From positions 64,436 through 128,435 of the IMG/VR virus record IMGVR_UViG_3300032291_002550: a DNA stretch of 64,000 nt. The stretch is one strand, 5' to 3'. This DNA is from a virus. Positions 41,919-51,193 of the stretch are shown one piece after another; position 1 is the stretch's first letter, and the number at the start of each line of letters is the position of its first letter. The notes under the pieces are model-generated. The model worked only from the letters and a program-made list of their open reading frames with translations. It was not told where the DNA came from and ran no database searches. A program made the position numbers and the translations under genes.

Positions 41919-42045
41919 AGTTAGGTGGTACAATTGGTAGCCATTAGTGTGGGATGAATATATACTCTGTCAAATCAATAACGTAATTGGTCAAATCCTA
42001 CTACGGGTGTATATAGCTAAACAGGTTCGAATCCTGTCCTGACTA
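41919..42045 (+). ncRNA. tRNA-scaffold RNA, copy 4 (127 nt)
   Basis: AGTTAGG...ACAGGTTCGAATCCTGTCCTGACTA. Confidence 0.75.
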
Positions 42046-42063
42046 CAAAATATTTTTAATAAA

Positions 42064-42384
42064 ATGAAAGAACAAATATTAACATTAGTTAAACACCCCA
42101 AATTCAATAATAATGGATTTAAGGGTTTATTTGAGAAGGAATGGAAACATAACTCAAAAGAAGATTTAAGGTGGTTGTTCTATCTAACAGAATTACAACA
42201 ATGGTTAAGGGATACTAAGGGTATTGAAGTTGAAATATACTCACTTAACTCATTAAGTTATGGTAAGATGTATGGTTGTTTGATTAATATTGAGGGTGAA
42301 AAAACTATTAGGTTAAATGATAGATTACTATACCTAACTATGTTAGAAGAAGGGTTATGTGAAGGATTAAAATTAATAAAGTAA
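42064..42384 (+). CDS. hypothetical protein
   Basis: ORF between scaffold copies 4 and 5. Confidence 0.6.
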   Translation: MKEQILTLVKHPKFNNNGFKGLFEKEWKHNSKEDLRWLFYLTELQQWLRDTKGIEVEIYSLNSLSYGKMYGCLINIEGEKTIRLNDRLLYLTMLEEGLCEGLKLIK

Positions 42385-42386
42385 AT

Positions 42387-42602
42387 ATGAAGCATTCGGA
42401 ATTAACAAAATCCATTTTAGAAAGTAATGGGATTACAAGTGAAAAGGAAAAGGATTTCTTCAAGGAATTGAGGGTATCACTTAGATTGGATTATGATATC
42501 CCAGCCCCTGAAGTAAGGAAATTAAATGATAATCAGGTTATTGAGAAATGGTATGAAATCCATTCAAAACCTGAGAATAGTATTGGGGGTAGTGTTGTTT
42601 AA
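42387..42602 (+). CDS. hypothetical protein
   Basis: ORF between scaffold copies 4 and 5. Confidence 0.55.
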   Translation: MKHSELTKSILESNGITSEKEKDFFKELRVSLRLDYDIPAPEVRKLNDNQVIEKWYEIHSKPENSIGGSVV

Positions 42603-42608
42603 AAAAAT

Positions 42609-42736
42609 AGTTAGGTGGTGTAATTGGTAATCACACCTTGCAAGTGAGTAATAGGGTAAGTGAGTCAATAGCACTGCTCGGCTTGATAGCCTCACGACAG
42701 GGAAACAAATTGCAGGTTCGAATCCTGTCCTGACTA
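42609..42736 (+). ncRNA. tRNA-scaffold RNA, copy 5 (128 nt)
   Basis: AGTTAGG...GCAGGTTCGAATCCTGTCCTGACTA; CCTTG/CAGGG and GTGAG/CTCAC stems enclose the insert. Confidence 0.75.
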
Positions 42737-42754
42737 CTAAATAAATAAAATAAT

Positions 42755-43330
42755 ATGAGAAATGAAGGTTCAGATTGGTGCATTAAACAACATGTAAATA
42801 CCAATCATTTTTATGATACATACTTACCATATCAGTTCCATTTACAAATGGTTGCGCAAGTATATGAAGATTTTAAACATCTTTTACCTAAAGACTTAAT
42901 AGTAACAGAAGAATCATATGGCCATGGTAGTTATGAAAAAGTAGATATTACGCATCAAGTAGTTAATATGGCTTGTTGGGGACATGATTTAATCGAAGAT
43001 ACCAGAACGTCTTATAATGACGTCTACAATAAGTTAGGAGTATATGTTGCAAATATTGTTTATGCCGTTTCTAATGAAAAAGGTAAGACCCGAGCCGAGC
43101 GCGCTAACGACAAATATTATGAAGGTATTAGAGAAACGCCGGGTGCTGTATTTGTTAAATTATGTGACAGAATAGCAAATGTTCAATATTCAAAAATGAC
43201 TAAGTCAAGAATGTTTGAAATGTATAAAAAAGAAAATGATAAATTTATGCTTTGTTTAGGTCGTGTATATCAAAATGATGGCCCTTACGAAGAAATGTAT
43301 CAATATTTAATTAATTTATTTAATGATTAA
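42755..43330 (+). CDS. HD-domain hydrolase, Mesh1/small alarmone hydrolase-like
   Basis: PYQFHL..V, GHDLIEDT, VKLCDRIANV. Confidence 0.7.
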   Translation: MRNEGSDWCIKQHVNTNHFYDTYLPYQFHLQMVAQVYEDFKHLLPKDLIVTEESYGHGSYEKVDITHQVVNMACWGHDLIEDTRTSYNDVYNKLGVYVANIVYAVSNEKGKTRAERANDKYYEGIRETPGAVFVKLCDRIANVQYSKMTKSRMFEMYKKENDKFMLCLGRVYQNDGPYEEMYQYLINLFND

Positions 43331-43387
43331 ATTAGGAAATATGAAATGTTTTCCTTATATTTAAGTATAATTAAAAAGAATAATAAC

Positions 43388-44272
43388 ATGAAAGTATTAA
43401 ATTTAGTATATCCTGAAAAATCGGATATAAAATTCAAAATATCAAAGTTTCCCGATGGGCAACAATCAATTACATTAGATATGGTTGAGGCAGATTTGCC
43501 AGATAAAATTACAGTAAGCATTGCTAGTAGATTTAATTCATTTTTAGATTTGGAACTTATCATTGCTGCAAATCAAGCGTTAAGAGAATTTTCTTATGTT
43601 GAAAATGTTAAATTGAATATACCTTATTTCCTAGGTGCGAGATCAGATCGTAAATTCGGAGATGGTACGAGTAACTATCTTAAAACAGTAATTTGTCCTA
43701 TCATTAATGCTCAGAAATTTTTAAGAGTAACCGTGTTAGATCCTCATTCAGATGTGTTAGAAGCATGCTTGGATAATTATCACAAACATAATAACTATCG
43801 TTTAGTTAAAGATGCTTTAACAGCAATTGATAATAAAAATGATGCTCAAGAAAGAATTTGCTTAGTAAGTCCAGATGCAGGTGCTTATAAAAAGATCTTT
43901 GACGTTGCTAAAGAATTTGGTATTAATAATATCATTACTGCAAATAAAGTTAGAGATATTAAAACGGGTCAAATTATTAGAACCGAGGTCCCAACTTTAG
44001 AGATGCATGAAGATCTTAAATACGTTATCATTGATGATATTTGTGATGGTGGTAGAACATTTGTTGAATTAGCAAAAGCAATGAAAAAACAAAGACCAAC
44101 TGCTAAAATTTATTTAGTTGTGACGCATGGTATTTTTAGTTCAGGATATGCACAATTAGGTGAATATTTCGAACAAATTTATTGTACCAATTCAATAAAA
44201 GATATTGGAGAAACTGAATATCATTGTCTTGAAAACATACCAACAAAAGTTAAACAAACAAACATATTTTAA
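43388..44272 (+). CDS. ribose-phosphate pyrophosphokinase-like protein (candidate NARP1 Adps)
   Basis: FPDGQ, PYFLGARSDR, DPHS, SPDAGA, IIDDICDGGRT, VTHGIFS; ATG at 43388. Confidence 0.85.
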   Translation: MKVLNLVYPEKSDIKFKISKFPDGQQSITLDMVEADLPDKITVSIASRFNSFLDLELIIAANQALREFSYVENVKLNIPYFLGARSDRKFGDGTSNYLKTVICPIINAQKFLRVTVLDPHSDVLEACLDNYHKHNNYRLVKDALTAIDNKNDAQERICLVSPDAGAYKKIFDVAKEFGINNIITANKVRDIKTGQIIRTEVPTLEMHEDLKYVIIDDICDGGRTFVELAKAMKKQRPTAKIYLVVTHGIFSSGYAQLGEYFEQIYCTNSIKDIGETEYHCLENIPTKVKQTNIF

Positions 44273-44273
44273 A

Positions 44274-44792
44274 ATGAGTTATCAAGAAATAGAAGGCGAT
44301 TTAATCAAATTAGCCAGAGAAGCTAAATTTGACGTAATAGTACATGGTTGCAATTGTCTTAGTACAATGGGCGCCGGAATTGCGCCGCAAATGGCAAATG
44401 CTTTTGGTTGTGATAAATTTGAAATGGAGAGATGGGGGCCGACAATTGAGAAATTAGGTTGTATCGATTATGAAACTGTTGTTCTTGGAGAAAAGACGAT
44501 ATGGTCTTTAAGTGACTACAAAAACAATCGTAATGAACCAGAATTAACTGTTGTCAATGCATATACGCAATATAAGTATGGTTCGAACCACAAAGATGGC
44601 ATTGCAAACCCATTTGACTATGAAGCATTCACGATATGTATGCGAAAAATGAACCATATCTTCAAAGGCAAGCATATTGGCATGCCAAAGATTGGCGCTG
44701 GATTAGCTGGAGGAGATTGGAATAGAATTAAGGACATTATCCAAGCAGAATTAAAAGATATGCAAATATCAGTAATAATTTATAAACCATAA
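44274..44792 (+). CDS. macrodomain (ADP-ribose binding/hydrolase) protein
   Basis: GDL, HGCNC..TMGAGIA, PKIGAGLAGGDW; ATG at 44274. Confidence 0.85.
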   Translation: MSYQEIEGDLIKLAREAKFDVIVHGCNCLSTMGAGIAPQMANAFGCDKFEMERWGPTIEKLGCIDYETVVLGEKTIWSLSDYKNNRNEPELTVVNAYTQYKYGSNHKDGIANPFDYEAFTICMRKMNHIFKGKHIGMPKIGAGLAGGDWNRIKDIIQAELKDMQISVIIYKP

Positions 44793-44811
44793 GAAATAAA
44801 ATATTTTAAAT

Positions 44812-44997
44812 ATGACCTTAAAGGAAAGTTTAAAAGTAAAAGAAACGGACATTTATGGATGTAGCAGTTGTAAAATTACCTCCGAGACGAAAGGCAGAAT
44901 GTGCCCTTGTCCACGTGGTAGTTGTGATGCTGAAATTATAGGACAAAAAATAATAATAACAGAAATTAAATCGTATTCAAATGGAAATAAGAAATAA
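44812..44997 (+). CDS. small Cys-rich protein
   Basis: CSSC...CPCPRGSC. Confidence 0.5.
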   Translation: MTLKESLKVKETDIYGCSSCKITSETKGRMCPCPRGSCDAEIIGQKIIITEIKSYSNGNKK

Positions 44998-45102
44998 AAA
45001 TGGCAATACAATATTCGAAATGGATGATGTGTTAATATTACTTTTAGCATGCGTTATAGCATTTTGTATAGTGGGGCATTGTTAAAAATAAACTATCAAG
45101 AA

Positions 45103-45258
45103 ATGAAAATATTTAAAGACATATTAGCACCGGCATATTTAGGATTTGCACTATCATATTTTGCAAACATATCATGGGACAATTCGAAATTTTATGCTAT
45201 CATTATCCCATTCTATTTTCTTGTAAAAATATCTAATTTTAATAAAGACGAAGAATAA
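45103..45258 (+). CDS. small membrane protein
   Basis: ATG at 45103; hydrophobic. Confidence 0.45.
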   Translation: MKIFKDILAPAYLGFALSYFANISWDNSKFYAIIIPFYFLVKISNFNKDEE

Positions 45259-45686
45259 TGAATAAATTACAAAAATACATCGATCGCTTAACGAGAGAAT
45301 GGAAGCAGCATAAAAATATCATCATTGCTGTTGATTTTGATGATACAATTAGTCCTTGGGGACTAAACACAACACAAGAATGTAATTGGGTTGTCGAAAA
45401 ATTAAAAACATATCAACAACAAGGAGCTTATATTGTAATATTTACTGCTTGTAATTCTGATAGATTTGAAGATATTAGCAATTTCTGTAGTCAGAATGAT
45501 TTAATGATTTCAAGTATTAATAAAAATGCTTTTGAATTGCCTTATGGTAATAACGGAAAGATATATGCTAATGTATTTTTAGATGATAGAGCTGGGTTAT
45601 TTGAAACCATTGAAATATTAGATGGTGCTTTATGTAATATGAAGGCTCATGGAAATGAAATACAACATATAGGAGAAATTGCATAA
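45258..45686 (+). CDS. HAD-superfamily hydrolase
   Basis: AVDFDDTI, KIYANVFLDDRAG. Confidence 0.7.
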   Translation: MNKLQKYIDRLTREWKQHKNIIIAVDFDDTISPWGLNTTQECNWVVEKLKTYQQQGAYIVIFTACNSDRFEDISNFCSQNDLMISSINKNAFELPYGNNGKIYANVFLDDRAGLFETIEILDGALCNMKAHGNEIQHIGEIA

Positions 45687-45883
45687 TGAATATATTAACA
45701 GCAGAAGAATTTTTAAAACAAGAAGGTTGGTATAATGAAGAATGTTCTGTTAATTATTTAATGATTAAATTTGCTAAAATGCACGTAAAAGCTGCTTTAG
45801 AAAAGGGAGCTAAAAGTTATATAATGTATGAAAGCGATAGAGAAAAAATAAGAAATTCTTACCCTTTAGAAAATATAAAATAA
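45686..45883 (+). CDS. hypothetical protein (TAEEF...YPLENI family)
   Basis: paralog of 29346. Confidence 0.6.
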   Translation: MNILTAEEFLKQEGWYNEECSVNYLMIKFAKMHVKAALEKGAKSYIMYESDREKIRNSYPLENIK

Positions 45884-46350
45884 TGAATAACGTATTTACA
45901 CCACCAATGAACATATCTCTAAGAGATAGAAGAAAACATTCAATATTCCTAGCCGGTTCCATAGATATGGGAGCATCAGAAGATTGGCAAACTTATGTGA
46001 TTGATAAAATTAAATATAAAAAAGCACATAATTGGTTTAATCCTAGAAGGTTAGATTGGGATAGTTCTTGGATTCAAGAATTAGAGAATCCTCAATTTAA
46101 TCAACAAGTTAAATGGGAGATAAATGCTCTAAAAAAAGCTGATATAATTGTTATGAACTTTACAAGTGGGTCCATTTCGCCCATATCGTTACTTGAATTA
46201 GGAATGTTTGCACATACAGGTAAAATGCTCGTTTGTTGTCCAAAAGAATTTTGGAGAAAAGGAAACGTAGATATTATATGTGAAGAATATGACATACCTT
46301 TATTCGAAGATTTAGATAGTTTATTATCTAGATTAGAACAAATAATATAA
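45883..46350 (+). CDS. nucleoside 2-deoxyribosyltransferase-like protein
   Basis: IFLAGSI...DWQ, FNPRR.DWD, QVKWE, SPISLLELG. Confidence 0.75.
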   Translation: MNNVFTPPMNISLRDRRKHSIFLAGSIDMGASEDWQTYVIDKIKYKKAHNWFNPRRLDWDSSWIQELENPQFNQQVKWEINALKKADIIVMNFTSGSISPISLLELGMFAHTGKMLVCCPKEFWRKGNVDIICEEYDIPLFEDLDSLLSRLEQII

Positions 46351-46430
46351 TTTTTAAAAAAATAATTAAAAAAAAGGTTGGAAATATGAAATGTTTTCCT
46401 TATCTTTAAGTATATTAATAAATAAATAAT

Positions 46431-48305
46431 ATGAGTTTTAAAATAAATAGTTTATATCTTACAGACGGATATAAGGTTGGTCACAAGAAAATGTTAGCTA
46501 AAGGTACAACAAAGCTATACGGAACATGGATTCCTAGAAGTACTAAACATGCCCCTAAGGGTGTTACGAAAATTGTATCATTCGGTCAACAATTGGTTTG
46601 GAAATGGTTACATGATGAATTTGAAGAAAATTTCTTTTTTACGGAACAGAAAAAATTAATGAACTTTTCTGACCCGGCCAGAACAAATCAAAAAAGTGAA
46701 TTAAAAGCTAAAGCGCTTCAATTCACAAAAGATATGTCCCTATACTTAGGTATGGAGTATGACGGTAAACATTTCGAAGAATTGTGGGACTTAGGTTACT
46801 TACCTATTAAAGTAAAAGCATTACCTGAAGGTATTGAAACAGGAACTAATATTCCTCATATGACCTTTATAAATACAGTTGATGGGTTTGCTTGGTTAAC
46901 ATTATATCTTGAAACTGTAGTTAGTTCATTAGCTTGGAAACCAAGTACAGCAGCAACTATTGCTAAATTGTATAGAAGACAAGCTGAAGAATGGGTAGCT
47001 AAAACAGACCCAAGTAATATGTGGTTAGTTGATTTTATGTGTCATGATTTCTCTGCTAGAGGATTAGACCCGATGAGTCAATACCTAATTGGTTTAGGTC
47101 ATGCTACATCATTTAAAGGTAGTGATACATTACCTGTTATTCCTGCTGCTAGATATTTTTATGGAGTTAAAGAAGATGAAATGCCTATCTATAGTGTTAA
47201 TGCGTCAGAACATTCAGTATCAACTACAAAGATTTTTACAGTAGGTGAACAACAAATGATTGCTGATTGGTTAAAGGATTTTGATAAAGGTATTTTATCA
47301 ATAGTAGCTGATACATTTGATTTATGGAAACTAATTACAGAATATTTACCAGCTAATAAAGAAGCTATTATGGCTCGTGATGGTAAATTAGTAATTCGCC
47401 CTGACTCTGGAGATCCTGTTGATATTATTTGCGGATTAAATATTCCCGAATATGATAGTTTAGTTGATGCCGAGGAATCATTTAGAGATGAGTTGTATAA
47501 TAACCAAGTGCATGGAGAAGATATGTTTTCAATTGATGAAACGCGACTGGTAAAAGTTGAAGATAAATATTATAAATTAACAGCAGATGTTGATTGGAAC
47601 AGATATGATAAACAATACTATTTTATTGAATGTATTAGTTTTGGCGTTATAGAAGTAGAATCAACGCCAGCCTTTAAAGGCGTAATAGAATTACTTTGGG
47701 ATATATTTGGCGGGACAATTAACGAACAAGGATTCAAAGTTTTAGATCCACATATCGGAGCCATTTATGGTGACAGTATTACACCAGAACGTCAAGTTCA
47801 AATATATGAAAGATTAGCTGCTAAAGGATTTGCATCGACTAATATTGTATTAGGTGTAGGTAGTTTTACTTATCAATATAATACAAGAGATACATTAGGA
47901 TTTGCTGCTAAAGGCGCTTGGTTTGAGGTTGAGGATAGAATTGTATTTTTTGCTGCTAAAGGCGCTTGGTTTGAGGTTGAGGATAGAATTGTATTTACTA
48001 ATAAAAATGGTAATCTTGACGAAGAATTTGTAAAAACTGCTTATAATATTTATAAAGATCCAATTACAGATGATGGTACAAAGAAATCATTAAAAGGTTT
48101 ATTACAAGTAGAAGAAGTTAACACTTATAAAGGTGGTGATAAAGTAAAAACAGATTATATAGTATTACAAGAATGTACCCCTGAAGAAGAAAATAAAGGA
48201 ATGCTTCAAGTAATTTATGAAGATGGTAAATTCTTTAATCAAGTTACTCTAAATGAAATTAGAGAAAGATTACAAAGTGCTATAACAATAGCTATAGGAA
48301 AATAA
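46431..48305 (+). CDS. nicotinamide phosphoribosyltransferase-like protein (candidate NARP1 Namat)
   Basis: TDGYKVGH, HDFSARG, SEHSV, VADTFD, IRPDSGDP, IYGDSI, KDPITDDGTKKSLKG. Confidence 0.88.
   Translation: MSFKINSLYLTDGYKVGHKKMLAKGTTKLYGTWIPRSTKHAPKGVTKIVSFGQQLVWKWLHDEFEENFFFTEQKKLMNFSDPARTNQKSELKAKALQFTKDMSLYLGMEYDGKHFEELWDLGYLPIKVKALPEGIETGTNIPHMTFINTVDGFAWLTLYLETVVSSLAWKPSTAATIAKLYRRQAEEWVAKTDPSNMWLVDFMCHDFSARGLDPMSQYLIGLGHATSFKGSDTLPVIPAARYFYGVKEDEMPIYSVNASEHSVSTTKIFTVGEQQMIADWLKDFDKGILSIVADTFDLWKLITEYLPANKEAIMARDGKLVIRPDSGDPVDIICGLNIPEYDSLVDAEESFRDELYNNQVHGEDMFSIDETRLVKVEDKYYKLTADVDWNRYDKQYYFIECISFGVIEVESTPAFKGVIELLWDIFGGTINEQGFKVLDPHIGAIYGDSITPERQVQIYERLAAKGFASTNIVLGVGSFTYQYNTRDTLGFAAKGAWFEVEDRIVFFAAKGAWFEVEDRIVFTNKNGNLDEEFVKTAYNIYKDPITDDGTKKSLKGLLQVEEVNTYKGGDKVKTDYIVLQECTPEEENKGMLQVIYEDGKFFNQVTLNEIRERLQSAITIAIGK
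47901..47996 (+). repeat. exact in-frame 48-bp tandem duplication in the NAMPT-like gene
   Basis: FAAKGAWFEVEDRIVF encoded twice by identical DNA. Confidence 0.9.
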
Positions 48306-48313
48306 TAAGGGTT

Positions 48314-48438
48314 AGTCAGGTGGCGGAATGGTAGACGCTACCCAGATAACAGCCGAAAGGTGGGGATTAATCAGAATAGTTATTCTGAAATGCACTAACG
48401 AAACAGATTAATTACAGGTTCGAATCCTGTCCTGACTA
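48314..48438 (+). ncRNA. tRNA-scaffold RNA, copy 6 (125 nt)
   Basis: AGTCAGGTGGCGGAATGGTAGACGC...ACAGGTTCGAATCCTGTCCTGACTA. Confidence 0.75.
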
Positions 48439-48455
48439 CTAATAATATAACAAAT

Positions 48456-49592
48456 ATGGAAAATTTAAATAGTGTGTGTTTTGTAGCACGAATTGATGAA
48501 ATAAAAGAAATTGCTGGAGCCGATAATATTGTTCAGGCCGTTGTCGGCGGTTGGAACTGTATTATACAAAAAGGTCAGTATACCGAAGGTGGATTAGTAA
48601 TCGTAGCAACTACGGATGCCGTAATTCCTCAAGAATTATCAGATGAGATGAACGTAACTAATTATTTACGTAAAGGTAACCGTGTTCGTACCGTTAAGTT
48701 ACGAGGCGTATATTCTGAATGCTTAATTATACCATTAAAATATATTCCTAAGGGTAATATTAATGCGTATACCGAAGGTAAAGATATGATGGAGGTAATG
48801 AATATCTTTAAATATGAACCGCCCGTTAAGCAAATTCAATTAGCGTCAGGTAAAAAGATTCGTTACCAAGATAATCCTAACTTCCATGTTTACTACAAAT
48901 TTCCAAACTTAAAAAATGTTAAAGGGATGTTTACGGAAGAAGATGATGTTCAAATTACTCGTAAACTTCACGGAACTAATGCTCGTTATGGTATTGTATT
49001 AAAAAATAAATTATCATTATGGGATAAAGTAAAGAAGTTTCTTTATCTTGCAGATGAATGGGTTGATTATGAATATGTAGTCGGGTCACATAACGTAGAA
49101 AAAGGTAGCGATTCTCAAGGATTTTATGATACAAATGTTTGGTATGAAATAGCAAATAAGTATCAAATTAAAGAAAAGTTGTGGCAATTTGTTAAGGAAA
49201 ATTATAGCCCTGAAGAATTAGGTTCAGGATTATCTATGTACGGTGAAATTTATGGAGCTGGTATTCAAAAGAACTATGATTATGGGTTAAAAAATATTGA
49301 GTTTGCAATATTCGATGTTACTAAAAATGGTACGTATTGGCCAACATTTTATACCGAAGTATTTGCATCTGCAGGAATTGAATTACCTCACGTGCCTATA
49401 CTATATGATGGACCATGGTCTCAAGAAATTCAAGACAAATATACGTTTAATAACTTTATTGAAGGTACTAAAGTTCCGCACGAAGGTATTGTAATTAAAC
49501 ATGTAAGTGGCGAAAGAAATAAAGTAGCTAAAGTAATTAATCCGGATTACTTAATTTACGGAGAAAAACATAACGTAGGAGATAGTCATTAA
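48456..49592 (+). CDS. RNA ligase (Rnl2 / DRB0094 family)
   Basis: N-terminal OB module (GADNI, VKLRGVYSE), KLHGTN, YGEIYG, FDV, HEGIV, KVIN. Confidence 0.85.
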   Translation: MENLNSVCFVARIDEIKEIAGADNIVQAVVGGWNCIIQKGQYTEGGLVIVATTDAVIPQELSDEMNVTNYLRKGNRVRTVKLRGVYSECLIIPLKYIPKGNINAYTEGKDMMEVMNIFKYEPPVKQIQLASGKKIRYQDNPNFHVYYKFPNLKNVKGMFTEEDDVQITRKLHGTNARYGIVLKNKLSLWDKVKKFLYLADEWVDYEYVVGSHNVEKGSDSQGFYDTNVWYEIANKYQIKEKLWQFVKENYSPEELGSGLSMYGEIYGAGIQKNYDYGLKNIEFAIFDVTKNGTYWPTFYTEVFASAGIELPHVPILYDGPWSQEIQDKYTFNNFIEGTKVPHEGIVIKHVSGERNKVAKVINPDYLIYGEKHNVGDSH

Positions 49593-49594
49593 AA

Positions 49595-50137
49595 ATGATC
49601 AATCAAATATTTGTTAATGTAAGCGACATGCACTTATATATTAAAGTGCCAAACCATTTATGGTATACTGCAACTCATTATACGCATGTACCAAGTACAG
49701 ACCCAGAATATCCATATTTCAATGATGAATATCGTTATGGATGGATGGATGTCGTTTATTTAACAGACCCTATAATAGATCCAACAGGGGTAATGAGAAG
49801 CCCTGAATGGATTTATGTTTTAGTGAATAAATCAATGCCGGGAATGGTAAAGATTGGATTAACAACAACATCTGTTGATCAACGCGTTAAAGAAATAAAC
49901 AGTGCTACTGGAGTACCTACTCCTTGGATAGATGTTTATAAATTTAAATGTTATGGGTCTAGATATCTAGAAAAGGAAATACATCAATATTTAGCAAGCC
50001 ATCGAGTGTCTACAAATAGAGAAATGTTTGCCGTAACTACAATGCATGCTCAAGAAGTAATTGAGAAGCTAGGTGACCCATATACAAGTTTTTTATATGT
50101 AGATCAAAAAAATCTTGAAATAGATTTGGAAAATTGA
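49595..50137 (+). CDS. T5orf172 (GIY-YIG-like) domain protein
   Basis: IYVL.N.SMPG.VKIG.T...QRVKE...TGVPTP...LEKEIH...REMF. Confidence 0.75.
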   Translation: MINQIFVNVSDMHLYIKVPNHLWYTATHYTHVPSTDPEYPYFNDEYRYGWMDVVYLTDPIIDPTGVMRSPEWIYVLVNKSMPGMVKIGLTTTSVDQRVKEINSATGVPTPWIDVYKFKCYGSRYLEKEIHQYLASHRVSTNREMFAVTTMHAQEVIEKLGDPYTSFLYVDQKNLEIDLEN

Positions 50138-50350
50138 AAAGTATTCTTTATCTTTAAGTATATGAAATCAGGTCAATATGTGTATTTAAATAACTATCGA
50201 TATTTGTTTCTAGGATATATTGATTATAAAAGAACTAGATGTATACTAGCAGATAGACATGGTAACAAATGTGAAATGTGGATAGATAAAATAAAAAATT
50301 AAAAATAAAAAGTCTAGGAAAATTGAAAAGTATTCTTTATCTTTAAGTAT

Positions 50351-50572
50351 ATGAAAATAATTAGATATTGCAGTGAATGTAATGAGCTTATTCCAGAAGG
50401 AAGATTAAAAGCTAAGCCAGATGCAAAAACTTGTATTAAACATAGTAATACAATAAGATATTCTGGCAGAATGGTTGTTCATCATAAAACGGGTAATGAA
50501 ATTGAAATTTATAAAGACCCGAATACAGCAAAAGAAATGTTCAGATTAGATATAACAAAAGGAAGAAAATAA
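50351..50572 (+). CDS. TraR/DksA-type zinc-finger protein
   Basis: CSEC...IPEGRLKAKP.AKTCIKH. Confidence 0.7.
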   Translation: MKIIRYCSECNELIPEGRLKAKPDAKTCIKHSNTIRYSGRMVVHHKTGNEIEIYKDPNTAKEMFRLDITKGRK

Positions 50573-50574
50573 TT

Positions 50575-50907
50575 ATGGAAAATAAAAACAAAAATCAAAA
50601 CGGCAAGAAGCCTAACAAAACTAATTACTCGCGTATTGAGACATTACCGGGACAATTCCCGACTAATGCAGAAGGTCGTATTATGAGTAATATCGCATAT
50701 GGATATAAAGCTAGCGATTATTCATGGGAGAAGCTTTTCAAGAAGACTCCGGAAGAGCGCGCTAAAGCAAAGAAAGAAATTTCTAAGTATAAGAGCTTAA
50801 TGGCTGCATATTACGGGGCAGATTGGAGAAGCAGAAAGGGCGAAAAGGCAGTTATTAATGTGCCAATTAAAGTTAATAAGCAAACAATGTTATTTGAATT
50901 AATCTAA
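50575..50907 (+). CDS. hypothetical basic protein
   Basis: ORF track. Confidence 0.55.
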   Translation: MENKNKNQNGKKPNKTNYSRIETLPGQFPTNAEGRIMSNIAYGYKASDYSWEKLFKKTPEERAKAKKEISKYKSLMAAYYGADWRSRKGEKAVINVPIKVNKQTMLFELI

Positions 50908-50917
50908 TAAAAAATAT

Positions 50918-51193
50918 ATGTACTATACAGCAAGAGTAGTTGTCGAGTTTGAAACAGACAACGGTAAAATAAAAAAGGTAAGCGAAACTTATTTAGTAGA
51001 AGCTTCATCAGTAACCCATGCGGAATCAATTGTTCATAGAGAATTTTCTAAAGAACAAAGAGACTTTGAAGTTAAATCTGTAACTCAATCTAGATATTTA
51101 GATGTGTTTTTTGAAGATGCGACAAAGAATAGTAATAGAGTTGCAATTGATTCGCAAGATCGTAAACGTTCAGACGAATGGCCGGAAGAGTAA
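50918..51193 (+). CDS. DUF4494-like protein
   Basis: GKIKKVSETYLVEA.S.T.AE motif of a Bacteroidota family. Confidence 0.65.
   Translation: MYYTARVVVEFETDNGKIKKVSETYLVEASSVTHAESIVHREFSKEQRDFEVKSVTQSRYLDVFFEDATKNSNRVAIDSQDRKRSDEWPEE

Noticed and set aside
27805-48438. AGTCAGG elements as intron-containing tRNAs
   Set aside because: The inserts are far too short for group I introns, show no consistent bulge-helix-bulge, and no common excision restores a 7-nt anticodon loop.
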